Below, piece by piece: positions 1-12,810 of a DNA stretch of 64,000 bases (the stretch's first letter is position 1; each line of letters begins with the position of its first letter). This stretch comes from Lama guanicoe (lineage: Eukaryota), in assembly GCA_013239625.1 (NCBI GenBank), contig MU053365.1:1832115-1896114 (forward strand). Direction: 5' to 3'. The notes under the pieces were generated by a model. The model saw nothing but the letters and a program-made list of their open reading frames with translations, was not told where the DNA came from and ran no database searches. The position numbers and the translations under genes were made by a program.

Positions 1-1010
1 TCACAACATTATGTTAGTTTCAGGTTTACAGCAGAGTGATTATTTTGGCAGATTATATTCCTATATCATAGGTTATTACAAGATAATAGATATAATTCTC
101 TGTGCTATACAGTATATCTTTATCTATTTTATATATAGTGGTTTGTATCTCTTAATCCCATACCCCTAATTTCCCCCCACTTCCCTCTCCCCTTTGGTAG
201 CCACAAGTTTGTTTTCTTTATCTGAGTCTGTTTCTGTTTTGTATATACATTCATTTGTATTATTTTTTGGATTCCACATATAAGTGATATCATACAGTAT
301 TTGTCTTTCTCTGACTTATTTTACTACGGATGATAATCTCTAGGTGTGTCCATGTTGCCACAAATGGCAGAATTTCATTCTTTTATATGGCTGAGTAATA
401 TTTCACTGTATATATGCACATCATCTTCTTAATGCAATTATCTGTTGATGGGCACATGGGATGCCTCCAGGTCTTGGCTATTGTAAATAGTGTTGCTGTG
501 AACATTGAGGTGCATGTATCTTTTTGAATGAGTGTTTTCATTTTTGTAGATATATGCCCAGGAATGGAGTTGCTGGATCATATGGTAGTTCTATTTTTAG
601 TTTTTTAAGGGCCCTCCATACTGTTTTCCATAGTGGCTACACCAATTACATTCCCACAGTGTACAAGGGTTCCCTTTTTTCCACATTCTCTCCAAAATTT
701 CTTATTTGTAGGCTTTTCGGTGATAGCCATTCTGACAGGTGTGAGGTGATATCTCATTATGGTTTTGATCTGCAGTTCTCTTTTAATTCGTGATGTTGAA
801 TATTTTTTGTGTGCCTGTTAGCTATCTGTATGTCTTCTTTGGAAAAAATGTCTGTGCAGGTCTTCTGCCCACTTTTTTATTGGGTTGTTTTTTGATATTG
901 AGTTGTATGAGCTCTTTGCATATTTTGGATATGAACCCTTCTTTGATTGCATCATTTGCAAATATCTTCTCATAGGTTGTATTTTCATTTGCCAGTGGCT
1001 TGTTTCCTTT
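1..1010 (-). mobile_element. LINE-1 3' fragment (ORF2 C-terminus and 3'UTR), decayed
   Basis: Minus ORF 822-1034 contains YEKIFANDAIKEGFISKICKELIQLNIKKQPNKK, matching the L1 ORF2 C-terminal region. A typical laurasiatherian L1 3'UTR lies at the window start. Confidence 0.92.
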
Positions 1011-1019
1011 GATGTGTGA

Positions 1020-1384
1020 TGTGTAAGCAAGCAAAGAAGTATTTAATAAGAGACATTTCTACGGAAACAAAATAAAAACAAAGGTTGATGTTTGGAGCAA
1101 ATTATAAACCAGTTTCTGAGCTTAGTGGGCAGCTAGTCAGGATTTGTAGATGTCAGGGTGAAAGCATTGTTTGCAGTTTTAAATGTTTCTGATGATGTCA
1201 CTGGGTATTCAGGCAAACCTTCTGAGTGGCTTACACAGCAAGATACATGAAGGTTATCTAAACATGGGCTATTGTGGGGATTCCTCTTAAGTTTATATCA
1301 AATTGTTCAGCTACAGTTTGCAGGGCTTCAGGGAAAGGGCAGCTTGAGTTCTCAATGATTCTAAGTCAAAAGTGGGAAAAAAAT
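1020..1384. mobile_element. ERV1 (MER4-group-like) internal sequence fragment
   Basis: Motif CAGTTTGCAGGGCTTCAGGGAAAGGGCAG...GATTCTAAGTCA resembles MER4-group internal consensus (recognised from memory). Confidence 0.55.
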
Positions 1385-3057
1385 CAGGCCTGTAATTTTC
1401 TTTTTTTTTGTAGTGTCTTTGTCTGGTATTAGTATCATAGTAATGCTGACCAAATAGAATGATTTTGGAAGTATTTCTGCCTCTTCAAAGTTTTGGAATA
1501 TTTTGAGAAGGTAAGTATTAACTCTTCTTTAAATATTTGTTAGAGTTCCCCTGTGAAGCTTTCTGGTCCTGGACTTTCTGTTGTTGGGAATTTTAAAATT
1601 ACTGATTCAATTTCATTAGTAGTAATCCACCTGTTCATATTTTCTCTTACTTCCTGATTCATCCTTGGAAGATTGTATGTTTCTAGGAACTTTTCCATTT
1701 TTTCGTAGGTTGTCCAACTTGTTGGCATGTAACTATAACATTCTCCTATGATTATGTTTTGGTGATCAGTTGTATATTCCTTTTCATTTCTAGTTTTATT
1801 TATTTGGGCCCTCTCTCTTTTTTATCTTAGTGAGTCTGGCCAAAGATTTATATATTTTGTGTGTCTTTTCAAAAAATAACAGCTCTCAGTTTTATTGATC
1901 TTTGCTATCGTATTTTTGATCTCTTTCATTTATTTCCACTGTGATCTTTATTATTATTTCCTTCCTTCTACTAACTTTGGGCTTTGCTTGTTCTTTTTAT
2001 AATTCCTTTAGGTGTAAAGTTAGGTTGTTTATTTGAAATTCTTTTGTTTCTTGAAGTAGGCCTGTGTCACTATAAACGTGCCTCTTAGAATTGCTTTTGC
2101 TGCATCCCATAGATTTTGAAACTTACTGTTTCTATTTTCATTTGTCTCAAGGTATTCTTTTATTTCCTCTTTGATTTCTCTATTGATCCAGTAGTTTTTT
2201 AGTAGCATACTGCTTAGTGTCCATGAGTCTGTTTTTTCCAGTTTTCCTCCTGTCATTGATCTCTAGTTTCGTATGGCTGTGATCAGAAAAGATGCTTGAT
2301 ATGACTTCAAACTCCTTAAATTTCTTGAGACTGTTCTGTGGCTTAACATGTGATCTATCCTGGTGAATGTTATGTTTCCCCTTGAAAATAATGTGTATTC
2401 CACGGTTTTTTGAGAAATGTTTTGTGTAAATCTATTAAATTCATCTGGTCTGATGTGTTATTTAAGGCCACTGTTCTCTTATTAATTTTCTCTCTGTATG
2501 ACTTATCCATGATGTAAGTGGCATATTAAAGTCCCCTACTGTTACTATAGTACTGTCAATTTCTCCCTTTATGCCTATTAATATTTACTTTATATATCAG
2601 GTGTTCCTATGTTAGGTATGTATGTTTTTGAATGTTATATTGTCATCTTGAACTGATCACTTTATCATTATGTGATACTTTTTATAGACTTTGTTTAAAA
2701 GTCTGTTTGTCTGATAGGAAAATGTCCACTTTCTTTTAGTTTCTATTTCCATGCAGTATCTTATTCCATCTTTTAACTTTCAGGCTGTGTGTATCTTTAG
2801 GTCTTAAGTGAGTCTCTTGTAGGTAGCATATAGATGGGTCTTTCTTTTTTTTAATCCATTCATCCATTCTATGTCTTGATTGGAGCATTTATTCCATTTA
2901 CATTTAAAGTGATTATTGATAGATATGTACTAACTGCCAGTGTGTTACTTGTTTACTGGTTCTTTTCGTAGTTCTTCTCTGATATTTTGTTCTTTTAGTC
3001 TAGTCCTTTGTGGTCTGATGGTTTTCTTTAGAGTTGCATTTGGATTTCTTTCTCTTT

Positions 3058-3090
<33 letters not shown>

Positions 3091-3470
3091 GTATTGTAGG
3101 TTTTTGGTTTGTGGTTACCATGAGGTTTTCAAAACAGATAGAAGGGCTAGTCTCCCCAGTGCTAGACTCCAGGGCTGGGGTGTCCAGTGTGTGATTTGAA
3201 CCCCTCACTTTTTAGGAAGGATCTCCTAGTGTGTAATATTCCTTTCCTCTTTTGGGTCACTGGCTGGGGGTGTGGGTCCTGGCTAGATTGCTTCTCTCTC
3301 CCTCCAACCCATCTTGGAGTGCGTTTTCTTTATATTCTTAATTGTAGACGAGCCATTCTGCTAGTCTTCAGGTCATTCTCTTAAAGAGTTGTTCTATATG
3401 TGGTTGCAGTTTTGGTGTGTTCATGGGAGAAGGTGAGCTCACAGTTTTCCAACTCTGCCATCCTGTTCCT
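1385..3470 (-). mobile_element. LINE-1 with 5'UTR start, inter-ORF region and ORF2 N-terminal half; ORF1 absent
   Basis: ORF 1540-1728 (KFLETYNLPRMNQE...SPGPESFTGE) and ORF 2029-2256 (EIKEEIKEYLETNEN...QNLWDAAKAILRG) are ORF2 peptides. 3130-3470 resembles an L1 5' end (minus strand CAGGATGGCAGAG...GAGCTCACCTTCTCCCATGAACACACCAAAAC). Confidence 0.9.
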
Positions 3471-3477
3471 ACTTCTG

Positions 3478-3850
3478 AATTTTATATAACTTTTAGAGCA
3501 TTTACATTAATAACATTTTTCCATACACTATAACTTAAGATGGTTTACAATCACTTATTTGACAATGGTCCCCATGGAATTTAATGTACCAAATAAACCT
3601 AATTAGTTTGATATCTCTCTTTTAAAAGGAGAGAAAACAAATCTTATGAGATGTTCCAGGGGCCTACTTGAAACCCCCCACATTATTTCCAGGTCAATAA
3701 GGCTTTATTGAGAATTTACTTTGGGGGAAAGTTTGTCAAAATATCAAAAGGTTTTAAAACACTTGGTTGGAAAAGATCATCACTCACTATGAAACAATGC
3801 TTATGAACTTCTATATGAAAAAATGGAAGAACAATTGGAAGGAAAAAAGA
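3478..3850. mobile_element. ERV1 (MER4-group-like) internal sequence fragment
   Basis: CTTATTTGACAATG...AAGTTTGTCAAAATATCAAAAGGTTTTAAAACACTTG resembles MER4-group internal consensus. Confidence 0.55.
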
Positions 3851-4902
3851 CTTGCCCAGAGGAAGGGCATGATTGTCAGTGGGCTCTGTTAGGCTGGTTT
3901 TCCTCTGATGCTTACTTCTTCTTCTCCTTGTTCCGAAAGCAAGCTCACAACTCTCCATGAAGAATGACATGGCACCTTCACGGTGATAGCTAAAGCTGGT
4001 TTGATTCTGGAATCTCCTCCCTTGCCCAAATCACTGCTGAGTGGTCCATCTGAGAGGGCCTCTTGTATCATCCCAGCTCATCAGATTGTAGTCACAGAGG
4101 TGAGACCAGTAGAAGAGACTCGTAATCAACTTAAGGAAGCACGGGAAATGGCAAATGATTGTATTTTTAGACACTGAGGTTCACGATGGTTTGTTCTGCA
4201 GCCATAGGTTGAATGTCAACTCTGGTATCCTTTAGCCTAATGGGCAACCCTGAGAGATCAGACTGCTTATTTCATTTATGCTTCAGGCAATTTAACTTTT
4301 CCAAACTATATTCTTCCACAAATGTGTGATGAAGATACACACTGCCTTCTTCGGGGTTTTTGTTGGTTAAATGACATAACATATGTGTTCTTAACCAATT
4401 CACCATACTGCCACTATGGAACAAAGCCTAGAGGGAAAAGAAATTGGAAGTGACTATGTCTAAATTGAAAATTTTGCTACAGCTAATACAAAATTTTTAA
4501 AAATCTTAGAAAATACTTTGAAAATATTAAAAATATGAGACCAAGAGTCAAGTTATTGCTCACAAATCAATCAGAAAAGATATGATAGAGTCAAACATTG
4601 GAATGAAATCATGTTTAAAAAATATTTACTAGTCTACTTAATGTCCTTGCAAAATACTTATGTGGAAAATGTTTATAAGAAAATGGCATATAAATTTTGA
4701 CACCAACCTACAAACTTTATATAAACATGGTTAAATGTATGCAATAATGTACATCAAAATTTTAAATGATTATATCTTTATTATCACATTACTGGTATTT
4801 ATATGTCTCATACTTTTTAGGTGTGTCCTGAATTGTTATACAATGAATAGAAATTACCCTCTTGGTCAGGAAAAAAAAGTTAATATAAAATGTATTTTTC
4901 TT

Positions 4903-5012
4903 GAGGGAGGTTATAGCTCAAGTGGTAGAGCACATGCTTAGCATGCATGAGGACCTGGGTTTGATCCCCAGTACCTCCTCTAAAAATTAAAAAAAAAATT
5001 AAATTTAATTAA
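4903..5012 (+). mobile_element. tRNA-derived camelid-type SINE
   Basis: Box A (TAGCTCAAGTGG), box B-like GGTTTGATCCC and an A-rich tail. Target-site duplication AAAATGTA(T/G)TTTTCTT at 4887-4902 and 5013-5028. Confidence 0.92.
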
Positions 5013-5394
5013 AAAATGTAGTTTTCTTTGTAGGAATTATGAAAGAAGAATAACTTGGAATAATGTAACTTTTGTTCTTGGCAGTTATTTTCCCACTTTT
5101 GAACTCCAAAAACCCATTCAGTTAGAGTCCTTGCCTTTCCATTTTCCTTCCTCTCAACCCTGTGTTAATTTATTACAAACTATGAGGATAAATTAATATA
5201 TTAACTTTAACTATGTGACAGAGTTTAACAAGAAACTCCCAGAAGGAACATATAACCACTAAGTATTAGCTGAACTTGTGAGCATTTTAGGGGCTGTGAT
5301 GTGTTTTGACTAGAGGGCTTCGGGACTATATATGATTTCATATTACCCTTGTTTTTGAATACCATATAGGTCCCTCCTTCTCAATTACTATATC

Positions 5395-5820
5395 TCTATC
5401 AGTTAGGCATCAGTGCATAGTTAAACTGCCCAAACTTACTGTCTATATAACTATCATTTATTATTTCTCCAGTTTGTGATTTGGCAAGAAATCACTTGAC
5501 ATATGCTGGACTCGGCTAAAGGTGTCTCCAAGTGTATCTCATCATGCTCCTGAGACCAAGAGGTGAGCCTGGATACATCTTTCTTAGGGCAGTTGTAGAG
5601 GCATAAGAGTTTGTAGAAATATATGTAAAGCCTAGGTTTGGAACTGGTATATCATCAGTTCCATTTCATTCTGTTTACCAGGAAAATTTATATGGTCAAG
5701 ATTAGGGTCAAGGGGTGGGAAAGGAGCTCTACTCAGCATGAAGAGATACTGCAAAATTTCATACATGGCAAAGGGAACATATACAACAAGGGCTGAAGTA
5801 TTGGAGATATGAATACAACC
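5395..5820 (-). mobile_element. Old MaLR LTR (MLT1-type)
   Basis: MLT1-like motifs GGAACTGGTATATCATCAGTTCC and CAAGGGGTGGGAAA; heavily diverged. Confidence 0.55.
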
Positions 5821-6044
5821 AGCCATATAAGCTTTATCTCTATTGTATTAGAAAATATATTTATTCTCTTTGAATGGTAGACTAGCTTTACTTAGGCTTA
5901 TGCAATACATGAGTTTCAGGATAATCAAAATCACTTTTATATTATCTTTATAATTTGAAAACTAAAATATCACTAATACTGCATTTATAATTTTAAACAT
6001 CTATGTGCTAAGCAATGAATACATTATTTAAATTAATAGAACAT

Positions 6045-6195
6045 TTTAAAGCAGTTATCTCTGCCCCTATTTAAGAAAAGAAAAAAATATATGAGGGTAA
6101 GTGGTTATATAATGCCCAAAATAGTACAGCTAGTAAGTGACTGATAGAGCATTCTAAATCATGTCTGGCTCCTTCCAAGCCAAATGATCTTTCTC
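6045..6195 (-). mobile_element. MIR
   Basis: Reverse MIR core TGCCCAAAATAGTACAGCTAGTAAGTGAC. Confidence 0.65.
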
Positions 6196-6924
6196 AAGAG
6201 GATGAACTGTCATTAAGCTAGTATCTTCTAATTTACTCTTTTTTGGTAAATATTAGGATTCTTACATTGTATTTTCTTAAACTCCATGTTGGACTAAATA
6301 TATAAAAAAGAAATAGATATCTTTCAGTTTTCTATTTGAAGCTATTGCTGACTTTCAGTCCTCACTGCATATGTTATTGGTATTTTCATGCTGAGAATGA
6401 CATTATTAGTTGAGGAAAGAATTACAAACTGCTGCAAAGCCATTTAGCACTTCTCATGCATCCCTGTGGTCTCATTCTTATTTAGATGTGTGTAGGGAAC
6501 ATAGAAACAAACTGTCCCTACCCCCATTATTTCAGGTACATGTGGGAAAATAATGGGCTTTGTGCATGTGAATCCCATATGCAATTTTGAAAAATTACTC
6601 CCTTGTCCATATTTCACCAGAACTAAAATGAGATGCCCAAGGTACATGTTCATAGTGTTTAACATCTGATCAGTTTTTTGTGCTGCCTTTTATTTCAATA
6701 AAATCCTTGGAATATTTCCAACTGCAGCCACATCAATTCCCAGAATCCTTGTAAAAATTTACTTTTAAGAATATAATCTCAAGATTAAAGTGAAAAGTGA
6801 AATGTAAGCAAAACATTATTACAGTGGTGGCTGGAGGTGGGCATTTGTGGCATCTCAAACTAGTCTATTATTCTAATCACAGTGTAGCCATTTATTTAAT
6901 TTCTCTTTTCCTTTGAGTAAATAC

Positions 6925-7290
6925 ACTCCAGCTGATTTATTGATGGTTATGCCATGTGAGTTACTATGTGAGGCATTGAGAAAACACGTGAATAAGATGT
7001 GATCTTTGACCTTGAACTTATGGAGGAGAGAGCCATTTATGGAAGCTCTTACAAGGATAACTGATCAGAGCTATAATGGAGGTATAAAAAGTCATATGGA
7101 AGCATAAAGAAGCAAGGTAAGGCAAAGTGTCATGAGCTAGCTTTTGAGGTCTGAATAGGATTCTGCTATGACAGAGGTAATGAGAATTCATGGCGAGAAC
7201 AGCAAAAACAGATGAAATTACATTATGCAGAAATGTGGATGCAAAGAACATTGTGTAGCACAGGAGCATGGATTAATAATGCTAGGGATA
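6925..7290 (-). mobile_element. L2 3' fragment
   Basis: Degenerate reverse L2 tail (ATTTATTGA...TACTATGTGAGGCATTGAGA) followed by purine-rich L2-like sequence. Confidence 0.55.
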
Positions 7291-7359
7291 TAGAATGACT
7301 GAAGGAATTAAAGAAGAGGGAGAATAAAATAATTATGTGGTGGTTCAGCAGTGTTGGGA

Positions 7360-8572
7360 TTTCTAGCCTTAATAGCATTGTGGTTGGAAAAGATGCTTAA
7401 TATAATTTTAATTTTCTCACATTTATGAAGGCATGTTTTGTGGCCTAGTATGTGATCTATCCTGGAGAATGTTCCACATGCACTTAAAAAGAATGTGTTT
7501 GAATGTGTATTCTGCTGCTTTGGGATGGAATACTCTCTACATATCAATTAAGTCCATGGGTCAAATGTATCATTTAAAGCTGGTGTTTTTTTATTGATTT
7601 TCTGTCTGGTTGATCTGTCCATTGATGTAAGTGGGGTGTTAAAGTCTCCTACTATTACTGTGTTACTGTCAACTCCTTGTATGTTGGTTAAAATTTGCCT
7701 TATGTGTTTAGGCTTTCCTATGTTGGGTACACATAGGTTTACAATTGTTATAGCTTCTTGGATTGCTCCCTTGATCATTATGCAGTGTCCTTTGTCTCCT
7801 GCAACAGTCTTTATTTTAGTCTATTTTGCCTGATATAAGTATTGCTACTCCAGCTTTCTTTTAATTTCCATTTGCATGTAATGCCTTTTTCTATCCCCTC
7901 ACTTTCAGTCTGTGTCTTTAGAGCTGAAGTAAGTCTCTTATAGGCAGCATATATACAGGTCTTATTTTTGTATCCACTCAGCCACTCCATGTCTTTTGAT
8001 TGGAACATTTGGTCCATTTACATTTAAGGTAATTATTGATATATATGTTCTTATTGCCATTTTAAAAATTGTTTTGGGGTTGTTTTTGCAAGTAATTTTT
8101 CCTTTCTTCTTTTTTTATTCTCTTGTGATTTGATGACTGTCTTTAGTGTTGTGTCTGGATTCCTTTTCCTTTTGTGTGTGTGTATATCTATTATAGATTT
8201 TTGGTTTGTGGTTACCATGAGGTTTTTATATAGCAATAGATAGGTAGATACACACATATATATGATTGTTCTAAGTTGCTTTAAGTTGATCTCTTAATTT
8301 CAAATGCATTTTTAAAACCCTGCATTTGTATTTTCCTCTCCTCATAATTAACTGTTTTTGATTGCTATCTTTGTGCATGGATGATTTCCTACTTTCTAGT
8401 TGTGACCTTTTTGCCTAGAGAAGTTCCTTTAACATTTGTTATAAAGCTGGCTTGGTGGTACTGAATTCTTTTAGCTTTTGTTTGTCTGTAAAGCTTTGGA
8501 GCTCTCCATCGAATCTGAATGAGAGCCTTGCTGGGTAGAGTATTCTTGGTGTAGGGTTTTCCCATTTCACCA
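7360..8572 (-). mobile_element. LINE-1 internal fragment (ORF1 end, inter-ORF region, ORF2 endonuclease)
   Basis: ORF 7548-7778 has IVGDFNTPLTSMDRS and ORF 7308-7547 has GTFSRIDHILGHK, both endonuclease motifs. 8420-8570 encodes ORF1 C-terminal sequence. Confidence 0.93.
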
Positions 8573-10264
8573 TATGGAAGCAGCACATTATAGTATATAT
8601 TTTTCAGTCCCAAATACCAATTATGCAAATTGTGTTGATGATGATGTTGAGAATTACAAAGTAACTGTCTATTTTCTGAGTTGAAAGTAATACTAATTAG
8701 AAGTGACATTTTTATGTCATTTAACAAATATATTCCAAAATATTTAAATTTCTTTACTTGGAATATAAAACAGTCTACAAAATTGTGTTTTTAATGTGAA
8801 CAGATAAGAGAGGTTTTACAAGCACCGTGTTTATACTCTTTTGGCCAAAAGAAAAAATGCCGTGTAGTGGTGAAAACATTTCAAACATCCACCTTTGAAA
8901 TGTTTTTTCCAATAGCATAATAGTTCCTGTCAAAAGGCCTTCACTTTTTACTCATAATTAAAATGTTAATATATCACATTTGCTTTGAAGAGATTCTGGT
9001 AAAGGTAAGGGAGGTGTCAGTTCTGGCAGTTTGTTGTTTTTATTTGTGCTTGAGTCATCACTATAATCTGTATTTTGTTTTCATTAATATCTTTAAGCCA
9101 CTTGTCCACTTTGTGACAATTTAATTATTAGATAAAATAACCTGAAGATATAATTAACTGGGCATAAGTAAAAAGCAATGTATAACATTGTGCTTAAAGC
9201 AAACCAAAGAGTAAAATGTGGAACCTTCACTTTTCTTTCAGCATACCTTGACTTTCATAAACAGACAAAATGAAGGTGCCTGTATGCTCATATAAACTAG
9301 TGTCAGTGAGTATATTAAATATAAATAACACTTACTTGTTTCCTTTAAATAAAATTCAAACATAGATTTTCTAATATCCTCTTGCATACAGCCCTGTGCT
9401 AACAGAGAAAGTGCTATTTGAGCCAACAAAGCCCCACATTTGAAAATGCTTAGTGAAGGTAGGCTCAAAAATGTGTACACCAAGATTTACCAAGGCAGTG
9501 ATATTGTTACCTCCCGAAGGAGTTGCTGTGGGGCTTTGGAGATTACAGAAAAAAAGATAATTTGTAATACCCATCTAAATCGTGAGTCCAGGCTTTCCTG
9601 CATTCATTATTAAAATGGAGTTGGTATCCCTTAGATAAATTGGAAAATAATGTATTATAGAAAAAAGTACCTTAAGCCAAGCATTGTTTGTTAATCTAGC
9701 TGTAAACAAAAGAGTTAATACAATGGAAGGAGGGGAAAACACTTATGTGAATGAAGCCAGTAATAGTAACAAGTCACTAATTGATGCAAATTGCTGACAA
9801 ATGCTTTTAGTCCCATGAACATCATGATTCAAGTAAAATCATGTTTTTTTAGATGTATATTTTTCAGAGAAGGGCAAAGTACCTGTAATTATGTGTGAAT
9901 CAGACGGCTGAATTATGAGGAACCATAGTAGGACATAGAGATTTCCAAAAGACCCAAGTTGAAATAGCATTAAGTATAAAACGAGGCTTTGGGAAGTGTA
10001 TCAAATGGCAGATACTGCCTTTAATTAGCATTATGATTATGCTTGATAGTCTGTTTAGCCCTTGAGTCTGGATTCTCCTTTCTTTATTCATAAGCATTAG
10101 CTAAATGGTCTATGAGAATATACACATCTGGAAATAGAACTAAAGTTCAGTTCCTAAGCCCCCTCAACCATTAGTCTTAAATTCTCTCATCACTGAGGCT
10201 TTCTGGATGTACATGCTGTTACCAGCATTTCACTGAATCGCATCTGGCCTTGCTGCTTTCTAAG

Positions 10265-10440
10265 CAGCAGGGTATAAAGAACAGGCATTGGCATCAGATA
10301 GACATTGATACTTATATCCTTTCACTTACTAGCAGTGATAAAGAACTTAAAATTTTGACTCTTTCTTTTTTTGTAAAATTGATCTAATAATGCCTACTTC
10401 ATAGCAGTGTTATAGCTATTAGGAGCTAAATGAATAATAA
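10265..10440 (+). mobile_element. MIR
   Basis: CACTTACTAGC...GTAAAAT...ATAATGCCTACTTCATAG core. Confidence 0.6.
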
Positions 10441-10699
10441 TTTCCAAGTTTTCACTCAGTCTTATGGACTCTGTACTATGGCCTGTTCCATTGCTTCCTC
10501 TCGGATGGTGCAGCCATCCTGTGCCCCAGCTCAGTACTCATTTCGCCTCTCTCAGCAAGCCAACTTTGCATCAAAACTGCATATTGTATTCAGTATCTAG
10601 TAGATTTCTTTGCAACTCTCAGCAATTTCCCTTTGTTTGAAATCTTCCCTTGTCATCTTTCTAAGGGGTGAGCTACAGGTAAATCCATCCCCAGGACTT

Positions 10700-10800
10700 A
10701 AGCACCTCTGAAAGTGCCAGCCTACTAATATCATCACCTTTGGGGGTTAGGATTTCAGCACATGAATTTTGGGGGAGACACAAAAATTCAGACCGTAGCA
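10700..10800 (-). mobile_element. MaLR LTR 5' end (MST/MLT1A-like)
   Basis: Reverse complement reads TGCTACGGTCTGAATTTTTGTGTCTCCCCCAAAATTCATGTGCTGAAATCCTAACCCCC. Confidence 0.75.
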
Positions 10801-11634
10801 TGGAGGGTATTGCAGAATAGTAAGTACCTCTATCTAGTTTTTGTTTAGGGCATAAAAAGAAGACAGAGCAGGTGGTCTAAAGGAGGAGTTACCTGGCAGC
10901 ACATAAAAATGGATTAGAGAGAACACTGATTACATACGACCTAACTTGCCGCGTAGCAGACAAAGTCACGCACTTTTGTGTGCAGGAACCTAGCTTATGG
11001 ATGCTCCTGGAATATCGGTGTAGTCAGGAATTCTTAGAGGTATCCCCATTGCATTTTTCCATTTAGACAAGTTTCCAGAAGAGACCAGGAATCATCCCAG
11101 GGAGTCAGTCACCTGTGTTAGTGCTTAACACAATAGTTGGTTTTCCAAAATGCAGCAACAGTTAAGTATCTCTTGTATCTCTTGCTGTGAAACATAGGGG
11201 ACCTAACTGATCAGCACTTCCTGGGATTCAAATATGCCAGGGCATATCTGGAAGACCGGTTAGGCCAGCCCACAAGGTCAAATTTGCAGGGTGCACTGAC
11301 TCACCTGGTAGGAAAGAAAACTCACTTTGAGTGAAGAGGATATCAGTTCCATAATATTTTTACTTCTTTATTCCTCAGTCATCAAAGAGAGGGATGCTTC
11401 TGAACATGGTCTGTTTCTCATTCTCAGTATCCAGCTTTACACAGGTTTTATATGGTCACCTTCCTAGTGAGAGGGAAGGCTACCATTAAAAGTGGACAAT
11501 CTGTGTGATTTAAATCTTCATAATGTGTTATAGTGCAAGGCATAACTGCTAAATAGTGCCCTCATGTTTTGAAGCAGTTTCTGATGCATATAATACATGT
11601 TTCTTAAGTTTACACAATTAAACCGTTATCATAT

Positions 11635-12370
11635 GTCATGGTATTTCAAATGATGATGTGTGGACTCCTGGCAGTCCAGAGATACATCATTGTGGGTCTG
11701 CAAGTTTTCAATAAGACGTTTTTATTTTGTGTTTTTCCATTTTCATGATCTAGACAAATATAATCACATCCTGGATCAACTGGATGAAATACTCTGGAAA
11801 TGAGCCCTGTCATGCAATTTTATTAATTGTATGATATTTTAATTGTAGGCCCACGGAGAAAGGGGGGTATATTAAGTATTAAAATAATGCATTTGAGCCA
11901 AACGTAAGCCAAATTATTATGTCACACAGTTTAAATGAAATTTTCACAGTAGTTTGAATGGAAAAAGTAGTAAAAAAAAATTTGAGTTGCCACAAGACAC
12001 AAAGTGGTATAGGCATCTCGAATCCTCAGAAGAAGCTGCACGGTAGTAACAGACATTACTATATCCACATTGAAGCAGTGATCTGTTTGTTAGGAAACCT
12101 CACCCTTCATATGAAATTAATATTATGAATTTGAATCTTCTTGGCTATGTGAATATGGCTTTATTTAATTTGTAAATATGTTTCCAGTTTATAGGTACGT
12201 AAGAACTATGAAGATGAGAAGCTTATTCTTAGCTTTATGACTATCCTTATTCAGCTAGTCATTAAAAATAAAAATAAGTCATCACCTTGGGTCTGAGGAG
12301 ATGTTTTCCGTCCAGTGAGATTCATATATTGTTCAAGTTTAGGGAAAAACAAAAACAAACACTGTTCTTC
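11635..12370. mobile_element. Possible hAT-Charlie DNA transposon remnant
   Basis: Left part (GTGTGGACTCCTGG...) resembles Charlie/MER termini; weak match only. Confidence 0.3.
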
Positions 12371-12689
12371 TGAGAAATTCAGGGTTTTAAGTATTTCAGA
12401 ACCACCTAAGGCAGGGACAGTGCCTTGGCATCACTAAACCCAGAGTCACACCAGCCAAACTGTATGCTACTTTATTCACTCTGCAGTTATAATGAAGAAA
12501 AAACTTTAAGTTCATATAAGTGAATAATGCCAACTATTTTTTAATGTGGCAGAACTGAAGAATTTCTATTAGACCTGTTTTTAGTTTTTTTATAATTCCT
12601 CCTTGAATCATATTCAGATATAACAATATGACAAATATCTATGAGGTCCTGTACTATATGTTGTCCAATTTAGGAGGTAGAAGCACTAT

Positions 12690-12810
12690 TGTTTTGTATA
12701 TGACAACAATGAGACTGAGAGACAGAAAGTTGTCTAAGGTCACATAGAAAGAGGTATGCGTGACAGTTACAAGGTTTCTGATCCCAAGTCCACTGACCTT
12801 TCCACCCATG
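12690..12810 (-). mobile_element. MIR
   Basis: TTGTCTAAGGTCACATAG and TCTGATCCCAAGTCCA motifs. Confidence 0.55.

Noticed and set aside
2280..3125. Segmental duplication with 7380-8225
   Set aside because: The similarity is confined to L1 sequence and the copies are clearly diverged, so they are independent insertions.
4903..4980. tRNA gene
   Set aside because: The A-rich tail, the TSD and related copies at about 24.0 and 49.8 kb identify it as a SINE.
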